Made by a program: the position numbers and the translations under genes
Shown here: in pieces, positions 44,364-55,662 of the stretch
Position numbering within the stretch: the stretch's first letter is position 1
How the letters are laid out: every line of letters starts with the position of its first letter
Assembly: GCA_963813335.1 (NCBI GenBank)
Contig: CAWEYL010000001.1
Coordinates: 800,001 to 864,000 of the forward strand
DNA from: an uncultured Chloroflexia bacterium
GTDB taxonomy: Bacteria; Chloroflexota; Limnocylindria; Limnocylindrales; CSP1-4
Direction of reading: 5' to 3'
DNA: 64,000 nucleotides
Notes under the pieces: generated by a model
The model's database searches: none
Seen by the model: only the letters and a program-made list of their open reading frames with translations
What the model was told of the DNA's origin: nothing

Positions 44364-44440
44364 TGGTGGGCGACACTGGACTCGAACCAGTGACCTCTTG
44401 CATGTCAAGCAAGTGCTCTAACCAGCTGAGCTAGCCGCCC
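44364..44440 (-). tRNA. tRNA-Val(GAC)
   Basis: GGGCGGCTAGCTCAGCTGG...CTTGC-TT-GAC-AT-GCAAG...GTTCGAGTCC...CCA; 77 nt. Confidence 0.98.
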
Positions 44441-44603
44441 GAGCGTCGCCGGTCCCCCGCTCTCTTGATCCCGACAACGTTGGCTCACGAGGTGTTCCAC
44501 GTCCCGTGACGATGTCGCGACCGCCTGATCGAGGAGCCAGCGGCGGACGGCATCATACCGCAGGGCGTCCAGCCCTGGCCGTGACGTATCCTTCAGCGCC
44601 CTG

Positions 44604-45428
44604 ATGCCAGCTGACCCTGAGTACCGCCTCATCGACCTCGGCGGCGCGGCGCGTCTGGAGCGCTTCGGCCCGTACGTCGTCGATCGGCCCTCGCCGGGCG
44701 CCCTCGGGGAGCGACGGGATCCGTCCGCGTGGCGCGCCGCGAGCCTCCGCTTCGAGCGCGACCGTGGCTGGCTGGGGCCCGCCGCAGGCGCCGATCCATG
44801 GCCGATCGAGGTGGACGGGCTGACGATGGAGCTCCGGCCGACGGATGCCGGCCAGGTGGGGCTGTTCCCGGAGCACGCGGCGATGCTGCCGTGGCTCCGC
44901 GAGCAGGGCGCCAGGCATACGGTCCTGCACCTGTTCGCCTACACCGGCCTCGTGACGCTCGCGATGGCCGCTGCGGGCGCGTCGGTGACACACGTCGATG
45001 CCGCCCGCACCGCCGTCACCTGGGCGCGGCGCAACGCCGAGCTGTCCGGACTGGCGGACCGGCCGGTCCGCTGGATCGTCGACGACGCCGTGGCCTTCGT
45101 GCGGCGAGAAGCGCGGCGCGGCCATCGCTTCGACGGGGTCGTCCTCGACCCGCCGTCCTATGGCCACGGGGCCGGCGGTCGGACGTGGCGGTTCGAGGAG
45201 GACCTGCCGGCGCTCCTCGATGCGCTCCGCGGCGTCCTCGCACCGGGGGCGTTCGCGCTCATGACGGCCCACACGCCGGGCTTCGACGGCGACCGGCTCG
45301 GCGACCTGCTCGCGAGCGGCCTGCGCCGGCGTGCGGCCCGACCCGATGTGGGCGACCTGGGCCTGGACACCGTCGACGGACGGCGCCTGGCGCTCGGGTC
45401 GTTCGCGCGGATCGGCCGGGAGGCATGA
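44604..45428 (+). CDS. Class I SAM methyltransferase, RlmI-like
   Basis: GLFPEH, LFAYTG, HVDA, LDPPSYG. Confidence 0.88.
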   Translation: MPADPEYRLIDLGGAARLERFGPYVVDRPSPGALGERRDPSAWRAASLRFERDRGWLGPAAGADPWPIEVDGLTMELRPTDAGQVGLFPEHAAMLPWLREQGARHTVLHLFAYTGLVTLAMAAAGASVTHVDAARTAVTWARRNAELSGLADRPVRWIVDDAVAFVRREARRGHRFDGVVLDPPSYGHGAGGRTWRFEEDLPALLDALRGVLAPGAFALMTAHTPGFDGDRLGDLLASGLRRRAARPDVGDLGLDTVDGRRLALGSFARIGREA

Positions 45429-46267
45429 TGGCGACGATGCGCTCCCCCACCCCGCCCGACCTCACGAGCCGCACGAACCCGCGCGTCGCCGCCGTGGCGG
45501 CGCTGCGCGACCGGCGCGAACGCGAACGACAGGGGCTGACCATCGTCGATGGCGCACGCGAGGTGCGCCGGGCGATCGAGTCGGGCGCGGAGGTCGTCGA
45601 GGCCTACGTGTGCGAGCCGCTGCTGGCGGGTCCCGACGCCCGTGGCGCGCTCGATGCGCTCGCGAACGCCGGCATCATGCCGACGACCACCAGCGACGGC
45701 GTGTTCGAGAAGCTCGCGTTCGGCGACCGCGCGGAGGGACTCCTCGCCGTCATCCGCGTCCCGGACCTGTCGCTCGGCCGCCTGGCCCTGCCGGCGGATG
45801 CCCTGGTCGCCGTGATCGAAGGGGTCGAGAAGCCCGGCAACATCGGCGCGGTGCTGCGCTCGGCCGACGGGGCCGGCGCGGACGCCCTGGTGGCGGCGTC
45901 GCCGCGGACCGACCTCTACAACCCGAACGCGGTCCGGGCGAGCGCCGGCACGATCTTCCGCGTGCCGCTCGCCGCCGCGCCGTCCGCCGACGTCCTCGCC
46001 TGGGCCCGCGGGGCAGGCCTCCGGATCGTGACCACCCGGGTCGACGCCGACCGCCCGTACACCGACGCCGACCTGCGCGGCCCGCTCGCGATCGTGCTCG
46101 GCGCCGAGGCCGACGGGCTGACCACGACCTGGACCGCCTCCGACATCGAGGCCGTCGCGATCCCCATGCGCGGCATCGCCGACAGCCTCAACGTATCGGT
46201 CGCCGCGGCCGTGCTGCTCTTCGAGGCGCGCCGGCAACGCGACCGTCATACGGGATCGGCAGACTGA
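45425..46267 (+). CDS. TrmH/SpoU RNA methyltransferase
   Basis: EKPGNIGAVLRS, GAEADGL, IPMRG..DSLNVS. Confidence 0.95.
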   Translation: MMATMRSPTPPDLTSRTNPRVAAVAALRDRRERERQGLTIVDGAREVRRAIESGAEVVEAYVCEPLLAGPDARGALDALANAGIMPTTTSDGVFEKLAFGDRAEGLLAVIRVPDLSLGRLALPADALVAVIEGVEKPGNIGAVLRSADGAGADALVAASPRTDLYNPNAVRASAGTIFRVPLAAAPSADVLAWARGAGLRIVTTRVDADRPYTDADLRGPLAIVLGAEADGLTTTWTASDIEAVAIPMRGIADSLNVSVAAAVLLFEARRQRDRHTGSAD

Positions 46268-46271
46268 CGCG

Positions 46272-47670
46272 ATGGACACCTTCGACTTCGTCATCATCGG
46301 CGCCGGACCGGGCGGCGAGGCCGCCGCCAACAAGGCCCGCGAGCTGGGGGCGTCGGTCGCGGTCGTGGACGCCCGGTGGTTCGGCGGCAGCTGCCCGCAC
46401 ATCGGCTGCGTGCCGTCGAAGGCGCTGCTCAACAGCGCCACCCGCCACGCGGCGAACCCGGCGGCCTACGACTGGGCGCGCGCCTCGGCCCGCCGCGACT
46501 ACATGATCAACCGCGCCGCGGACGCCGCCGAGCCCGACGACACGGGCCATGTCCGCGCCCTCGAGGCGGTCGGCGCGGTGACGTACCGCGGGGTCGCGCG
46601 GATCGTGGGAGCGCGGCCGGGTCGCCGTCACCCACGATGGCGTGACCCATGCCCTGCGGGCGCGCAATGTCGTCGTCGCCGTCGGATCGCACTCCAAGGC
46701 GGCGCCGATCGAGGGCATCGACGCGATCCCGGTCTGGACAAATCGCGACGCGACCCTCGCCCGAGCCCTGCCGGCGAGCCTGCTGATCCTCGGCGGCGGG
46801 CCGACGGGCTGCGAGCTCGCCCAGGTCTACGCCCGCTTCGGCGTCCCGACCATGATCGTCCAGTCCGGGCCGCGCCTCGCGCCGACCGACCACCCACGCA
46901 ACTCCGAGGCGGTCCGCCAGGCGCTCGAACGCGACGGGGTCACCGTCCGGCTCGGGGTCCGTGCCGTCCGCGCGACCGCGGCGACGGCGACCGGCGAGCC
47001 GCACACCGTCGAGCTTGACGATGGCACCACGGCGACCGGCCACGCGGTCATGCTGGCGGTCGGGCGCTCCTTCCCGATCGACGACCTCGGGCTCGAGCAC
47101 TACGGCGTGGACACGTCGGGCCGCACGATGTACCGGCGCGATGGACGGCTGCGCGTCGCGGACGGCCTCTGGATCGTCGGCGACCCGGCCGGTCCCGAGC
47201 TGCACACCCACCAGGCCCACTACCAGGGCGAGCTGGCCGTGCGGATGGCCCTGGGGGAACCGGTCCAGCCCGACTACCGCGCCCTGCCGCGAGCCACCTA
47301 CACCGACCCGGAGGCGTCGTCGGTCGGGCAGACGCTCGACGACGCGCGGGCGGACGGACTGGACGCCTTCGAGCTCGTCGCGGACTTCCCCAGGACCGCC
47401 AAGGGCTACTCGGTGGAGGCCACCCTCGGCCACGTGACGATCGTGATCGACCGCGGCACCCGCGAGCTCGTGGGGGCCGCGATGGCCTGCCCCGACGCGT
47501 CGGCCGCGATCCACGAATGCGTCCTCGCGATCAAGGCGCGGGTCCCGGTCGACGTGCTCGCTGAGACCATCCACGCGTTCCCGTCGACCTCGCGGATCCT
47601 CAACGGGCTCTTCGCCGACGCCCGCCGCGAGCTCGATCGCCCGGGGAGCGTGATCAAGCCCGACGCCTAG
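46272..47670 (+). CDS. Class I pyridine nucleotide-disulfide oxidoreductase (frameshift near 46610)
   Basis: IGAGPGG, GGSCPHIGCVPSK, GGGPTGCE, YTDPE. Confidence 0.9.
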
Positions 47671-49319
47671 CTCCCCTCGAAGACGACCTCGCCGTCGAGG
47701 AAGACCAGCGACGGACGGGCCGTGGCGAGCGCGCCGCCCGGCTCCACGGGATCGTCGAGTGCAGCCGCCGGGATGACCACGATGTCGGCGCGCTGGCCCG
47801 GAACCAGCCGCCCGCGGTCGGTCTCGCCCGCGGTCACGGCGGCATCGATGGCGTTGGCGCGCAGCGCGCGGTCCAGGGTGAGGGCCTGCTCCGGCCCGAA
47901 CGGGGGCGTGCCGGGCTCCCAGCGCGGGTCCTCGCGGCGGACCGCGAGCGCGAGGCCCGGCCACGGGTCGAACGCTTCGACCGGCGCGTCCGTGCCGAAG
48001 GCGATCACGGCGCCGGTGTCGGCGATCGCCTTCCAGGTGTAGCCGCTGGCCTCGGCGCGGGTGCCCCACAGCCGGCGGGCCTTCTCGGCGTCGGAGCCGA
48101 CATGCAGCGGCTGGACGCTGGCCGCGATCCGTCCCGCGGCGAAGCGCCCGCGGTCGGCCGGGTCGAGCAGCTGGACATGCTCGATCCGCGGCATCAGCGG
48201 CAGCTCCCGCGGCATCGCTTCCAGCACGCCCAGGGCGGCGCGGACGGCGGCGTCGCCGATCGCGTGGATCTGGGTGCTGATCCCGCCCGCGGCCGCCCGA
48301 CCTGCCTGCTCGGCCAGCTCCGGGGCGGGCGTCACCCACACGCCGCGTCGCTGCGACGGCGGCAACTCCGCGGCGGCCGCCGGCTCGATGTCGGCGAGCA
48401 GCGCCGCTGTCCGCGACCCGAGCGAGCCGTCGGCGAAGGTCTTCTGCCAGCCGATCCGCGCGCGGCCGGCCGGGTCCTCCCCGAGCACGTCACCGCTGCG
48501 CAGGCCGCCTGCGAGCGCGGTGTCGAGCGCGTCCGCCCGGAGCGACGCGTGGACGCGCATGGGCAGGCGACCGGTCTCGGCGAGATGCGCATAGGCGGCG
48601 AACGAGTACGCCAGCTCCGGATCCGGGGCCAGCGGGCCCGGGTCGTGGCAGGCCACGACGCCGAGCGCCAGGCACTGCCGGGAGACCGTCGCGAGGTCGG
48701 CCTCGAGGTCCGCCTGGGCCGGCGCCGGGAGGTGGACGGTGACCAGCCGCGTGGCGGACTCGTACAGCACCCCTTCGGGGGCGCCCGTGTCGTCGCGGCG
48801 GATCACGCCGCCGGGCGGGTCCTCGGTCTCCGCCGTGATGCCGCCGGTGCGTAGCGCGGCATGGCTGGCGAGCAGCGCATGGTGGTCGTGGGCCCACAGG
48901 ATCACCCGGCGGCCGGGCGCCACCGGCTCGAGGTCGTCGGCCGTCGGCCAGCCGCCCCAGCGGTCCGCATCCCAGCCGTGGCCGTCGATCCAGGCGTCCG
49001 GGTCCGCGAGGGCGGCATGGGCGGCACGGACCGCCTCCATCCCCGCGGCCAGCGTGGCCACCGCAGACAGGTCGACCTGCCGGAGCGCGCGAGCCGCCTG
49101 GGCGAGATGGAGGTGCGCGTCGGTCAGCCCGGGGATCGCGACCTCGTCGGGCTCGAGCGAGAACCGCCGCGTGAACGGGTCCGCCCGGGTCTCGAGCGCC
49201 ACCTCGGATCCGGCGAACGCCACGCGTCCGGCGCGGATGCCGATGGCCTCCACCCAGCCGAAGCCGGCGGGGCCACCGAGCGTGGCGATGCGACCGGTGA
49301 TCAGCGCGTCGAGGGGCAC
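47667..49319 (-). CDS. YtcJ-like amidohydrolase
   Basis: PGLTDAHLH, FADGSLGSRTA, HAIGD, RIEH, FGTDAPV. Confidence 0.92.
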   Translation of the reverse strand: MPLDALITGRIATLGGPAGFGWVEAIGIRAGRVAFAGSEVALETRADPFTRRFSLEPDEVAIPGLTDAHLHLAQAARALRQVDLSAVATLAAGMEAVRAAHAALADPDAWIDGHGWDADRWGGWPTADDLEPVAPGRRVILWAHDHHALLASHAALRTGGITAETEDPPGGVIRRDDTGAPEGVLYESATRLVTVHLPAPAQADLEADLATVSRQCLALGVVACHDPGPLAPDPELAYSFAAYAHLAETGRLPMRVHASLRADALDTALAGGLRSGDVLGEDPAGRARIGWQKTFADGSLGSRTAALLADIEPAAAAELPPSQRRGVWVTPAPELAEQAGRAAAGGISTQIHAIGDAAVRAALGVLEAMPRELPLMPRIEHVQLLDPADRGRFAAGRIAASVQPLHVGSDAEKARRLWGTRAEASGYTWKAIADTGAVIAFGTDAPVEAFDPWPGLALAVRREDPRWEPGTPPFGPEQALTLDRALRANAIDAAVTAGETDRGRLVPGQRADIVVIPAAALDDPVEPGGALATARPSLVFLDGEVVFEGS

Positions 49320-49322
49320 GGG

Positions 49323-50875
49323 TCAGTCGCGGTCGGCCGGGTCGGCGGGTCCGGGCAGGTCGATCGGCACCGCAGCGACGGGGGCGGGCACGGCCGCGGT
49401 GGGTCCGGCGCCGCGGCGGGCGGCGCGAATCGCTCCGTGGGCGACTCCGGATCGTGCCAGGTGGGCCGGTCCGCCCCGAGGGCCGAGGCGATCGGGTCGA
49501 CGATGCCCGGGTCCGCCGCGGGGCCATCCCTGGTGGTCGACGGGACGCGCCACAGGACCGACGCCAGGCCGGCTACGAAGATCGCGACCGCGACCGCGAC
49601 CAGCACCGCCGTCGTCCCGACGGCGTCCGAGATGGTGCCGACGACGATGATCGGCACGAAGCTGGAGACCGAGACGAGCATGCCGAGCACGCCGAAGACC
49701 CGGCCGCGGACATCCTCCGGCAGATCCTCCGACAGCTGGGTCTGCGATGGGATGGCGACGGCCGCGTACGCGATGCCGGCCAGGAGCGCGATCAGCACGA
49801 CCACGCTGAGCAGCGACGTGACCCCCGACAGGTCCAGGCCGCCCGGGGCGTCGGCACGCTGCAGGAGCTTGCTGATCGATCCCGCGACCGAGAGCAGGGC
49901 CAGCAGCAGCCCGAGGGCGATCAGGCCCCCCTCGATGACGCGACGGCGCGGGAGGTAGCGTCCGTAGGCGTTGAGCAGCAGGATCCCCAACACGATCCCG
50001 AAGCCGAGCGGCAGGACGACGACCGCGAAGTCCTTGGCGCCGAGGCCGAGCGTCTCCCGCGCGAGGTCCGGCCCCAGGACGCCGAGCACGCCCACCAGTG
50101 ACGCCGTGATCCCGAGGTAGAGGATCGACCAGCCGATCGAGCGGTTCGAGCGGATGAAGGCCAGGCCCTCGCGCAGCTGCCCCAGCGTCGAGCCCATGGC
50201 CTGCTCGGCATCCGCGACGCCGAGCCCGTGAGCATCGGCGTTCGGCGGCGACTTCGGGAGCGTGAAGCAGAAGACCGCGGCCAGCAGATACAGGAACGCC
50301 ACGACCAGGATCACCGCCCCCGGCGAGGCGAGGTTGACGACCAGCGGCCCGAGCAGGGCGAAGCCGATCGCGAATGCGCCGTTCAGGGTGAGCGTGAAGA
50401 TCCCGTTCGCGGCCAGCAGCTGGCGGCGCTCGACGACCTCCGGGATCATCGCGGCCTCCGCCGGCGCGAAGAACACGGTCACGGTCGAGACGAAGACGTT
50501 CAGCAGCAGGATCAGCGCGATGTTCGTGCCGATCAGATACAGGGCGATGTAGGCGAGGCCGCGCAGGATGTTGGTCGCGACCAGGATCGTCCGCCGGTCG
50601 ATGCGGTCGACATAGACGCCGGCCACCGCCGAGAAGAGGACCGCCGGGACCAGGAAGCTGAGGATCATGAGGCTGACCGCGGTGTTGGAGCCGGTCGACT
50701 CCACCACGATGACGGTCAGCCCGAACAGGACCATGTTGCCGCCGATCTGGGTGGCCGCCTGGGACAGCCAGAGTCGCAGGAAGGCGCCGTTGCGGAAGAC
50801 GGCGAGGGCGCTCTCGCCGGGCGGGACGTCGCTCGGGGCCTCGGTGGGTGGGGCGGCGCTCTCGGCGGCCGTCAC
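49323..50875 (-). CDS. MFS transporter (frameshift in C-terminal tail)
   Basis: FLRLWLSQ, AGVYVDRIDRR, RGRVFG; about 12 TM segments. Confidence 0.9.
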
Positions 50876-51123
50876 TCCTGCGATCCCGGGCGGACCGGTG
50901 TCAGCGCGGCGCTCAGGGCGGGATCGCCCCGCTCGATGAAGCCCGCGAGGCGCCGTTCGAGCGTCGGGCGCTCCATGAGGACGTGCCGGCCGCAGCCCCG
51001 GCAGCGCAGTCCGATGTCCGCGCCGAGGCGATCCACCAGCCACGTATCGCTGCCGCAGGGGTGGACGCGACGCAGTCGCACCACATCGCCCACGTACAGC
51101 TGGAGCACGGTCTGGTCGCTCAT
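50872..51123 (-). CDS. DUF951 family protein
   Basis: GDVVRLRRVHPCG..W...R.GADI.L.C.GC. Confidence 0.9.
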   Translation of the reverse strand: MSDQTVLQLYVGDVVRLRRVHPCGSDTWLVDRLGADIGLRCRGCGRHVLMERPTLERRLAGFIERGDPALSAALTPVRPGSQE

Positions 51124-51138
51124 CGGCGGGTCAGCGTA

Positions 51139-51813
51139 TCAAAGCCGGGGGTGGCCGTTGACCGGCACGAGGGCATGATCCGTCGCCGGCAGCTCCAGGC
51201 GCTCCATCGGGGTGACCGTCAGGACAACGTCTTCCTGGGTCGCCGCCAGCTGGGCGATGACGCCACCCGAGCGCGTGAGCGAGCCGGTCAGCTGCTCCGA
51301 CGCCCCGATCGCCTCGATGTCGAAGGCCTCGTCGATCGGCACGCCGTCGACCTTGACGTCGCCTGGGCCGCCGGTCATGACCACGCCGGGCACCAGGCGG
51401 ACGCCGTCGACCGCGATCGCCTCCGCGCCGGCATTGCGCAGCTCGTTGGCCAGCTCCTCCAGGGCCGTCCCGTCGATCGGCCCGCTGACGGTGATGGTGA
51501 CCCCCGGGCCCGTCACCGGGTCGAGCCCGGCATACGCTCGGACGCGACGCAGGTCCGCCCGGATCTGGTCGACCGCCTGGGCGCCGCGCGCCTGGCCGGA
51601 GGTCAGCGTCTCGAGCTCGCGGTCGAGCGAGGCCACCTCGTTGCGCAGCTGGTCGTTGCGGGCGTTCACGTTGGCCACCAGCACGGTCAGGTCCTGCGTC
51701 GAGAGCTGCTCGAGCCCCGTCGTGCCGGCCTGCGCGCGGAGCTGGACGACCACGAGCAGCCCGAGCACGAACGCCACCGCCGCGATCGTCAGTTGGTTGC
51801 GTCGCACGTGCAT
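51139..51813 (-). CDS. DUF881 family protein
   Basis: TM, coiled coil, AG...V.GPG, NELRNAGAEAIAVDG, IEAIG. Confidence 0.9.
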   Translation of the reverse strand: MHVRRNQLTIAAVAFVLGLLVVVQLRAQAGTTGLEQLSTQDLTVLVANVNARNDQLRNEVASLDRELETLTSGQARGAQAVDQIRADLRRVRAYAGLDPVTGPGVTITVSGPIDGTALEELANELRNAGAEAIAVDGVRLVPGVVMTGGPGDVKVDGVPIDEAFDIEAIGASEQLTGSLTRSGGVIAQLAATQEDVVLTVTPMERLELPATDHALVPVNGHPRL

Positions 51814-51818
51814 GGTCG

Positions 51819-52608
51819 TCACCCGCCCGGACTGGCTGACGGGACGACCGACGGCCCGGGTGCGGGCGTCGAGATCGGCTTGGAATAGCGCAGGGACACC
51901 GTGCCGGCGAACGCCGGCACGTCGACCGACGACGGCTCCGCGAACGACACCCGGATGCCGTAACGCTGGGCCCGCGCCCGCACGAAGTCGATGAACCCGG
52001 GCGCGGCGCTCAGCCGCGAATAGAGGTCCTTGGGGCCGATGGCAGTGATGCGGTACGGCGGGACGAGATAGGCCGAGTTGGCCAACACGGTCGAGCCGAC
52101 GTCGATGACGGCACTGGTGGGGGTCATCCGCTCGCCGTTCACCGCGACGGCCTCCGCGCCGGCGAGCCACAACTCCTCGACCACGGTCCGGATGTCACGG
52201 GCCCCCACCAGGTAGTCGTCCGCGCTGTCGCCCTCGGCGACGGGCTGCTGCGAGTCCTCCATCTGGAGCACGATCCCGGTCCCGGTGAGCGGGATCAGGC
52301 CGGCCGCCAGGCGGGCCTGCTCGAGGTCGTCGTTGAGCTGCTTGACGGTGGCCGCCGATCCGTTGCTCGGCCCCCTCCAGCGCGGTGATCCGGGCACGCA
52401 GGTCGAGGATCTGCGCCTTGAGGTCGTCCTGCTTCGCCTGGAGCTCGGCCGCCGTCGCCAGCAGCGGCGGCCGCTCCTGGGAGGTGTACCGGACGCGCGG
52501 CCCCTCGCTGGCGAGCTGGGCGGCGATGAGGAAGCCCAGCCCGAGCAGGGCCACACCCAGCGTGATCTGCCAGCTGGGGATGCGGCGGAGCCGGCCCATG
52601 ACGGTCAT
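51819..52608 (-). CDS. DUF881 family protein (frameshift near 52365)
   Basis: AGL..L.G.G, ELWLAGAEAVAVNGER, PPYRITAIG. Confidence 0.88.
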
Positions 52609-53981
52609 GCGCCTGGGCGCGGCCGGCGGCGGGCGTACACGACCAGGCCGAGGACGGCGGCGAACAGGGCCACCACGACCACGATCACGAGGGCGACCGG
52701 GGAATCCGACGCCGCCCCATCCGGGCTCGTCGCGGGGGCGTGGCTGGCGGCCGGGAACTGGCTCGCGCCCGGTGCGGGCGAGGGTCCGGGCGCCCAGCCG
52801 GCGGGCAGCGGTCCGGCCGGCGCGGGTCGCGGTCCCTGGCGGACCGGGGTCTCGGCCTGCAGGTCGGCCAGCCAGGCCGCTTCGAACCCGTCGACGTCCG
52901 CGCCGATGGCCGCGGTGAACGCCTCGTCGTCGGTCCGGCCGTCGGCATACGACGAGATGAGCTTCACCAGCGCGTCCTGTCCGTACGTGCGGACGAAGAA
53001 GTCGACCGCCGATACGCTCTCGCCGTAGGCGAGCCGGAACCGGTCCTCGCTGGTCGGGAACTGGCCGACGAGCCCGGACAGCGGGATCAGGGTCCGCTGC
53101 CGGGCGGCGCCGACCACCGCCGAGCGGTAGTCGACCGGATAGCCCTCGCTCTCGTAGACGGCCAGGCCCTCGTTGAGCCAGCGCGGCGGGAAGTGGTACG
53201 GGTTGTGGACCGCCGTGTCGAACACGAGATGCGTCAGCTCGTGGGGGATGACGGTGCCGACCCACGCGTCGTCGATCTGGGCCGGCGGGATCAGGGCGAA
53301 CAACGTCCGGATCTCCGCGTCCGCCTGACCCCCGACGTTCTCGCGCGTCGACGGTCCCAGGGCGTCGTAGAACGAGGCCTGGTCGGCGTAGATGAAGAAG
53401 TCGACGGGCTCCTCCTCGGTGACGCCGAGCAGGGTCGCCGACTTCTCGATGCCGTCCTCGCCGATCTTGAGCGCCCGCGCCCCGAAGGCGTCCGAGCCCT
53501 CGTACCAGTGCACGCGCACGATCGACCCGCTCTTGGTCTTCCACGTGAACCGCTCGTCGGCGTAGACGAGGCTGGCCTGCGGCCCGGTCACCGGCGCGGA
53601 ACCGTCCATCGCCGTCACCCGCCACTGGCCGCGCACCGGGGTGTTCGGCAGCAGGTGATCCGTGCTCGTATCGACGTGATAGGTCAGGGTCTGCGCCCCG
53701 GTGCCGGCGGGCGCGTCGACCTCGATGACCTCGGGGCCGATGGCGCCGTCGACCGTCAGGAGCAGCTCGACCCGCTGGAGGGCGCGGCTCACGGTGACCG
53801 GCTGCGTGAAGACGATGTCCTTCCCGAACGACCCGCTGACCGTCGGGGTCCCGAACTCGACCGGGTCGGCGGCACGCACGGGCCCGGCGAGCGGCACGAG
53901 GCCCAGGGACAGCAGCATGACCGCGCCGAGCGCCGCGCGGGCGCCGGCGCGGGCGAGGGCGTCCCGTGGTCCGCGCACCAC
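52605..53981 (-). CDS. Exported peptidase MA-like metallopeptidase with C-terminal TM anchor
   Basis: HELTH, PRWLNEGLA, AY..S; signal peptide and C-terminal TM. Confidence 0.85.
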   Translation of the reverse strand: MVRGPRDALARAGARAALGAVMLLSLGLVPLAGPVRAADPVEFGTPTVSGSFGKDIVFTQPVTVSRALQRVELLLTVDGAIGPEVIEVDAPAGTGAQTLTYHVDTSTDHLLPNTPVRGQWRVTAMDGSAPVTGPQASLVYADERFTWKTKSGSIVRVHWYEGSDAFGARALKIGEDGIEKSATLLGVTEEEPVDFFIYADQASFYDALGPSTRENVGGQADAEIRTLFALIPPAQIDDAWVGTVIPHELTHLVFDTAVHNPYHFPPRWLNEGLAVYESEGYPVDYRSAVVGAARQRTLIPLSGLVGQFPTSEDRFRLAYGESVSAVDFFVRTYGQDALVKLISSYADGRTDDEAFTAAIGADVDGFEAAWLADLQAETPVRQGPRPAPAGPLPAGWAPGPSPAPGASQFPAASHAPATSPDGAASDSPVALVIVVVVALFAAVLGLVVYARRRPRPGA

Positions 53982-53983
53982 CG

Positions 53984-55564
53984 TCAGTCCGCCCATGCCA
54001 GCCCGGCCATCCGCAGGTTCCCCAGCCCGTTCTGTCCGGCGCCGAGCAACCCGTCCCGGGACAGCGCCCAGCCGGTGCCATACGCCATCGGGAAGACGGG
54101 GACCTCGCGCCCGACGATCGCCTCGGCGCGGTCGTAGGCCGCGTTGGCGGCGGCCGCGTCGGTCGCGGCGCCGGCCTCGGCGATGGCGGCATCGAACTCG
54201 GGGTCGTGCCACTTGCCGAAGTCGTTGGTCGAATCCTTGCCGAGCAGCACGCCGAGGAAGTCGTTGCGGCTCGGGTAGTCCGCCACCCAGCCCAGCGACC
54301 AGATGGCCGGCGGGTCGGCCAGGATCCGCTGGTAGTAGTCGCTGAACGCCATCGTCTCGTAGGTGACGGTGATGCCGAGCTCGCGTTTGAGCTCGCCGAC
54401 GATCGCCTCGTCGAACGAGCCGCCCCCGGTCAGCATCGTGATCGCCGGGAAGCCCGCGCCACCCGGGTAGCCGGCCTTCGCCAGCAGGGCGCGGGCGGCG
54501 TCGGGGTCGTGCTTCGGGAACGCGTCGACATCCGAGCGTCCCGGGATGCCCGGCGGGACCATCGAGGTCGGCGACGGGTCGTCGCCGGTCGGCGATCCGA
54601 GGACCGAGATGCGTCGCCAGTCGACGGCCATCGCCACCGCCTGGCGTACCTCGGCCTTGTCGAACGGGGGCCGGCTCGTGTCGAAGCCGTAGTACTGGAC
54701 GACGAACTGCGGGACCTCGCGGAGCTGCGGGCCGAGCGTCTCGTCATAGCCGATCCACGAAGCATCCGATCCGTCGATCGGGGTGTAGTCGAGATCGCCG
54801 GCCTCGAAGACCTCGACCGGGCTGCGGCCGGCGATATCGGTCACGAGCTCGATGGTCGTGATGGCCGGCTTTCCGGCCCAGTAGTGGTCGTTCGCGCTCA
54901 GCGTCATGCCGGTGTCGGAGGTGGCGGTCGCGGTGTACCCGCCGCTGCCGACGAAGCCGTTCCCCGGTCGGAAGGCGGCGGCCCCGCGGTCCGCGCTCGA
55001 CGGCACGATCCCGAACGACGGACTCGAGACGACATCGACGAAGTCGGCGGCGGGTCGGACCAGTCCGACCGTCACGTTGCCGCTGGCGTCGTCGGCGTGC
55101 AGGGCCACGGACGCGGGATCGGCGACGGCGCGGGTCATGTAGGCCTGGGCGCCATCGATGACCAGCGCGAGGGACGCGAGCGGCGACGGATGCGCCGGGT
55201 CGATCAGGCGCAGCCAGCTACGGACCACGTCGCTCGCGCGGAGGGGGGTGCCGTCCGAGAACGAGAGGTTCGGGCGGATGTGGAACACGATCTGCTTCCC
55301 GTCATCCGCGATCTGCCACGAATCGGCGAGCGCCGGCTGGAGCTGGAGGTTGCCGTCGAACGTGGTCAGCGTCTCGAAGAGCTGCGCCGTGACGGCGGCG
55401 CTGTCAGCGTCGCCCTGGGCGGCCGGGTCGAGGGTCGCGGGCTCGCCGACGAGGATCCTGGCCGGCCGATCGGCCCCGACGGCCGCGGCGGACGACCCGA
55501 CGAGCACGGCTACCGTGACGGCGAGTGCGACGAGCGGCGAGAGGAAACGGGACCGGCGGCGCAT
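53984..55564 (-). CDS. Peptide ABC transporter substrate-binding protein (OppA-like)
   Basis: TLDPA, LFETL, FSDGTPL.ASDV, GWVADYP. Confidence 0.92.
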   Translation of the reverse strand: MRRRSRFLSPLVALAVTVAVLVGSSAAAVGADRPARILVGEPATLDPAAQGDADSAAVTAQLFETLTTFDGNLQLQPALADSWQIADDGKQIVFHIRPNLSFSDGTPLRASDVVRSWLRLIDPAHPSPLASLALVIDGAQAYMTRAVADPASVALHADDASGNVTVGLVRPAADFVDVVSSPSFGIVPSSADRGAAAFRPGNGFVGSGGYTATATSDTGMTLSANDHYWAGKPAITTIELVTDIAGRSPVEVFEAGDLDYTPIDGSDASWIGYDETLGPQLREVPQFVVQYYGFDTSRPPFDKAEVRQAVAMAVDWRRISVLGSPTGDDPSPTSMVPPGIPGRSDVDAFPKHDPDAARALLAKAGYPGGAGFPAITMLTGGGSFDEAIVGELKRELGITVTYETMAFSDYYQRILADPPAIWSLGWVADYPSRNDFLGVLLGKDSTNDFGKWHDPEFDAAIAEAGAATDAAAANAAYDRAEAIVGREVPVFPMAYGTGWALSRDGLLGAGQNGLGNLRMAGLAWAD

Positions 55565-55662
55565 CGGCGGGAGTATACGGGCGGGTCGCCGAGAGCCCTT
55601 CCGGGCGGCCGGGCGCCCTCGCGGTACGATGGCCGCCGGTCCCTCCCAAGCGAGTCAGCCCC

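Noticed and set aside
37500-44364. Integrative element at tRNA-Val
   Set aside because: No integrase, and no duplicated tRNA 3' end found near 37500-37590; called an accessory block only
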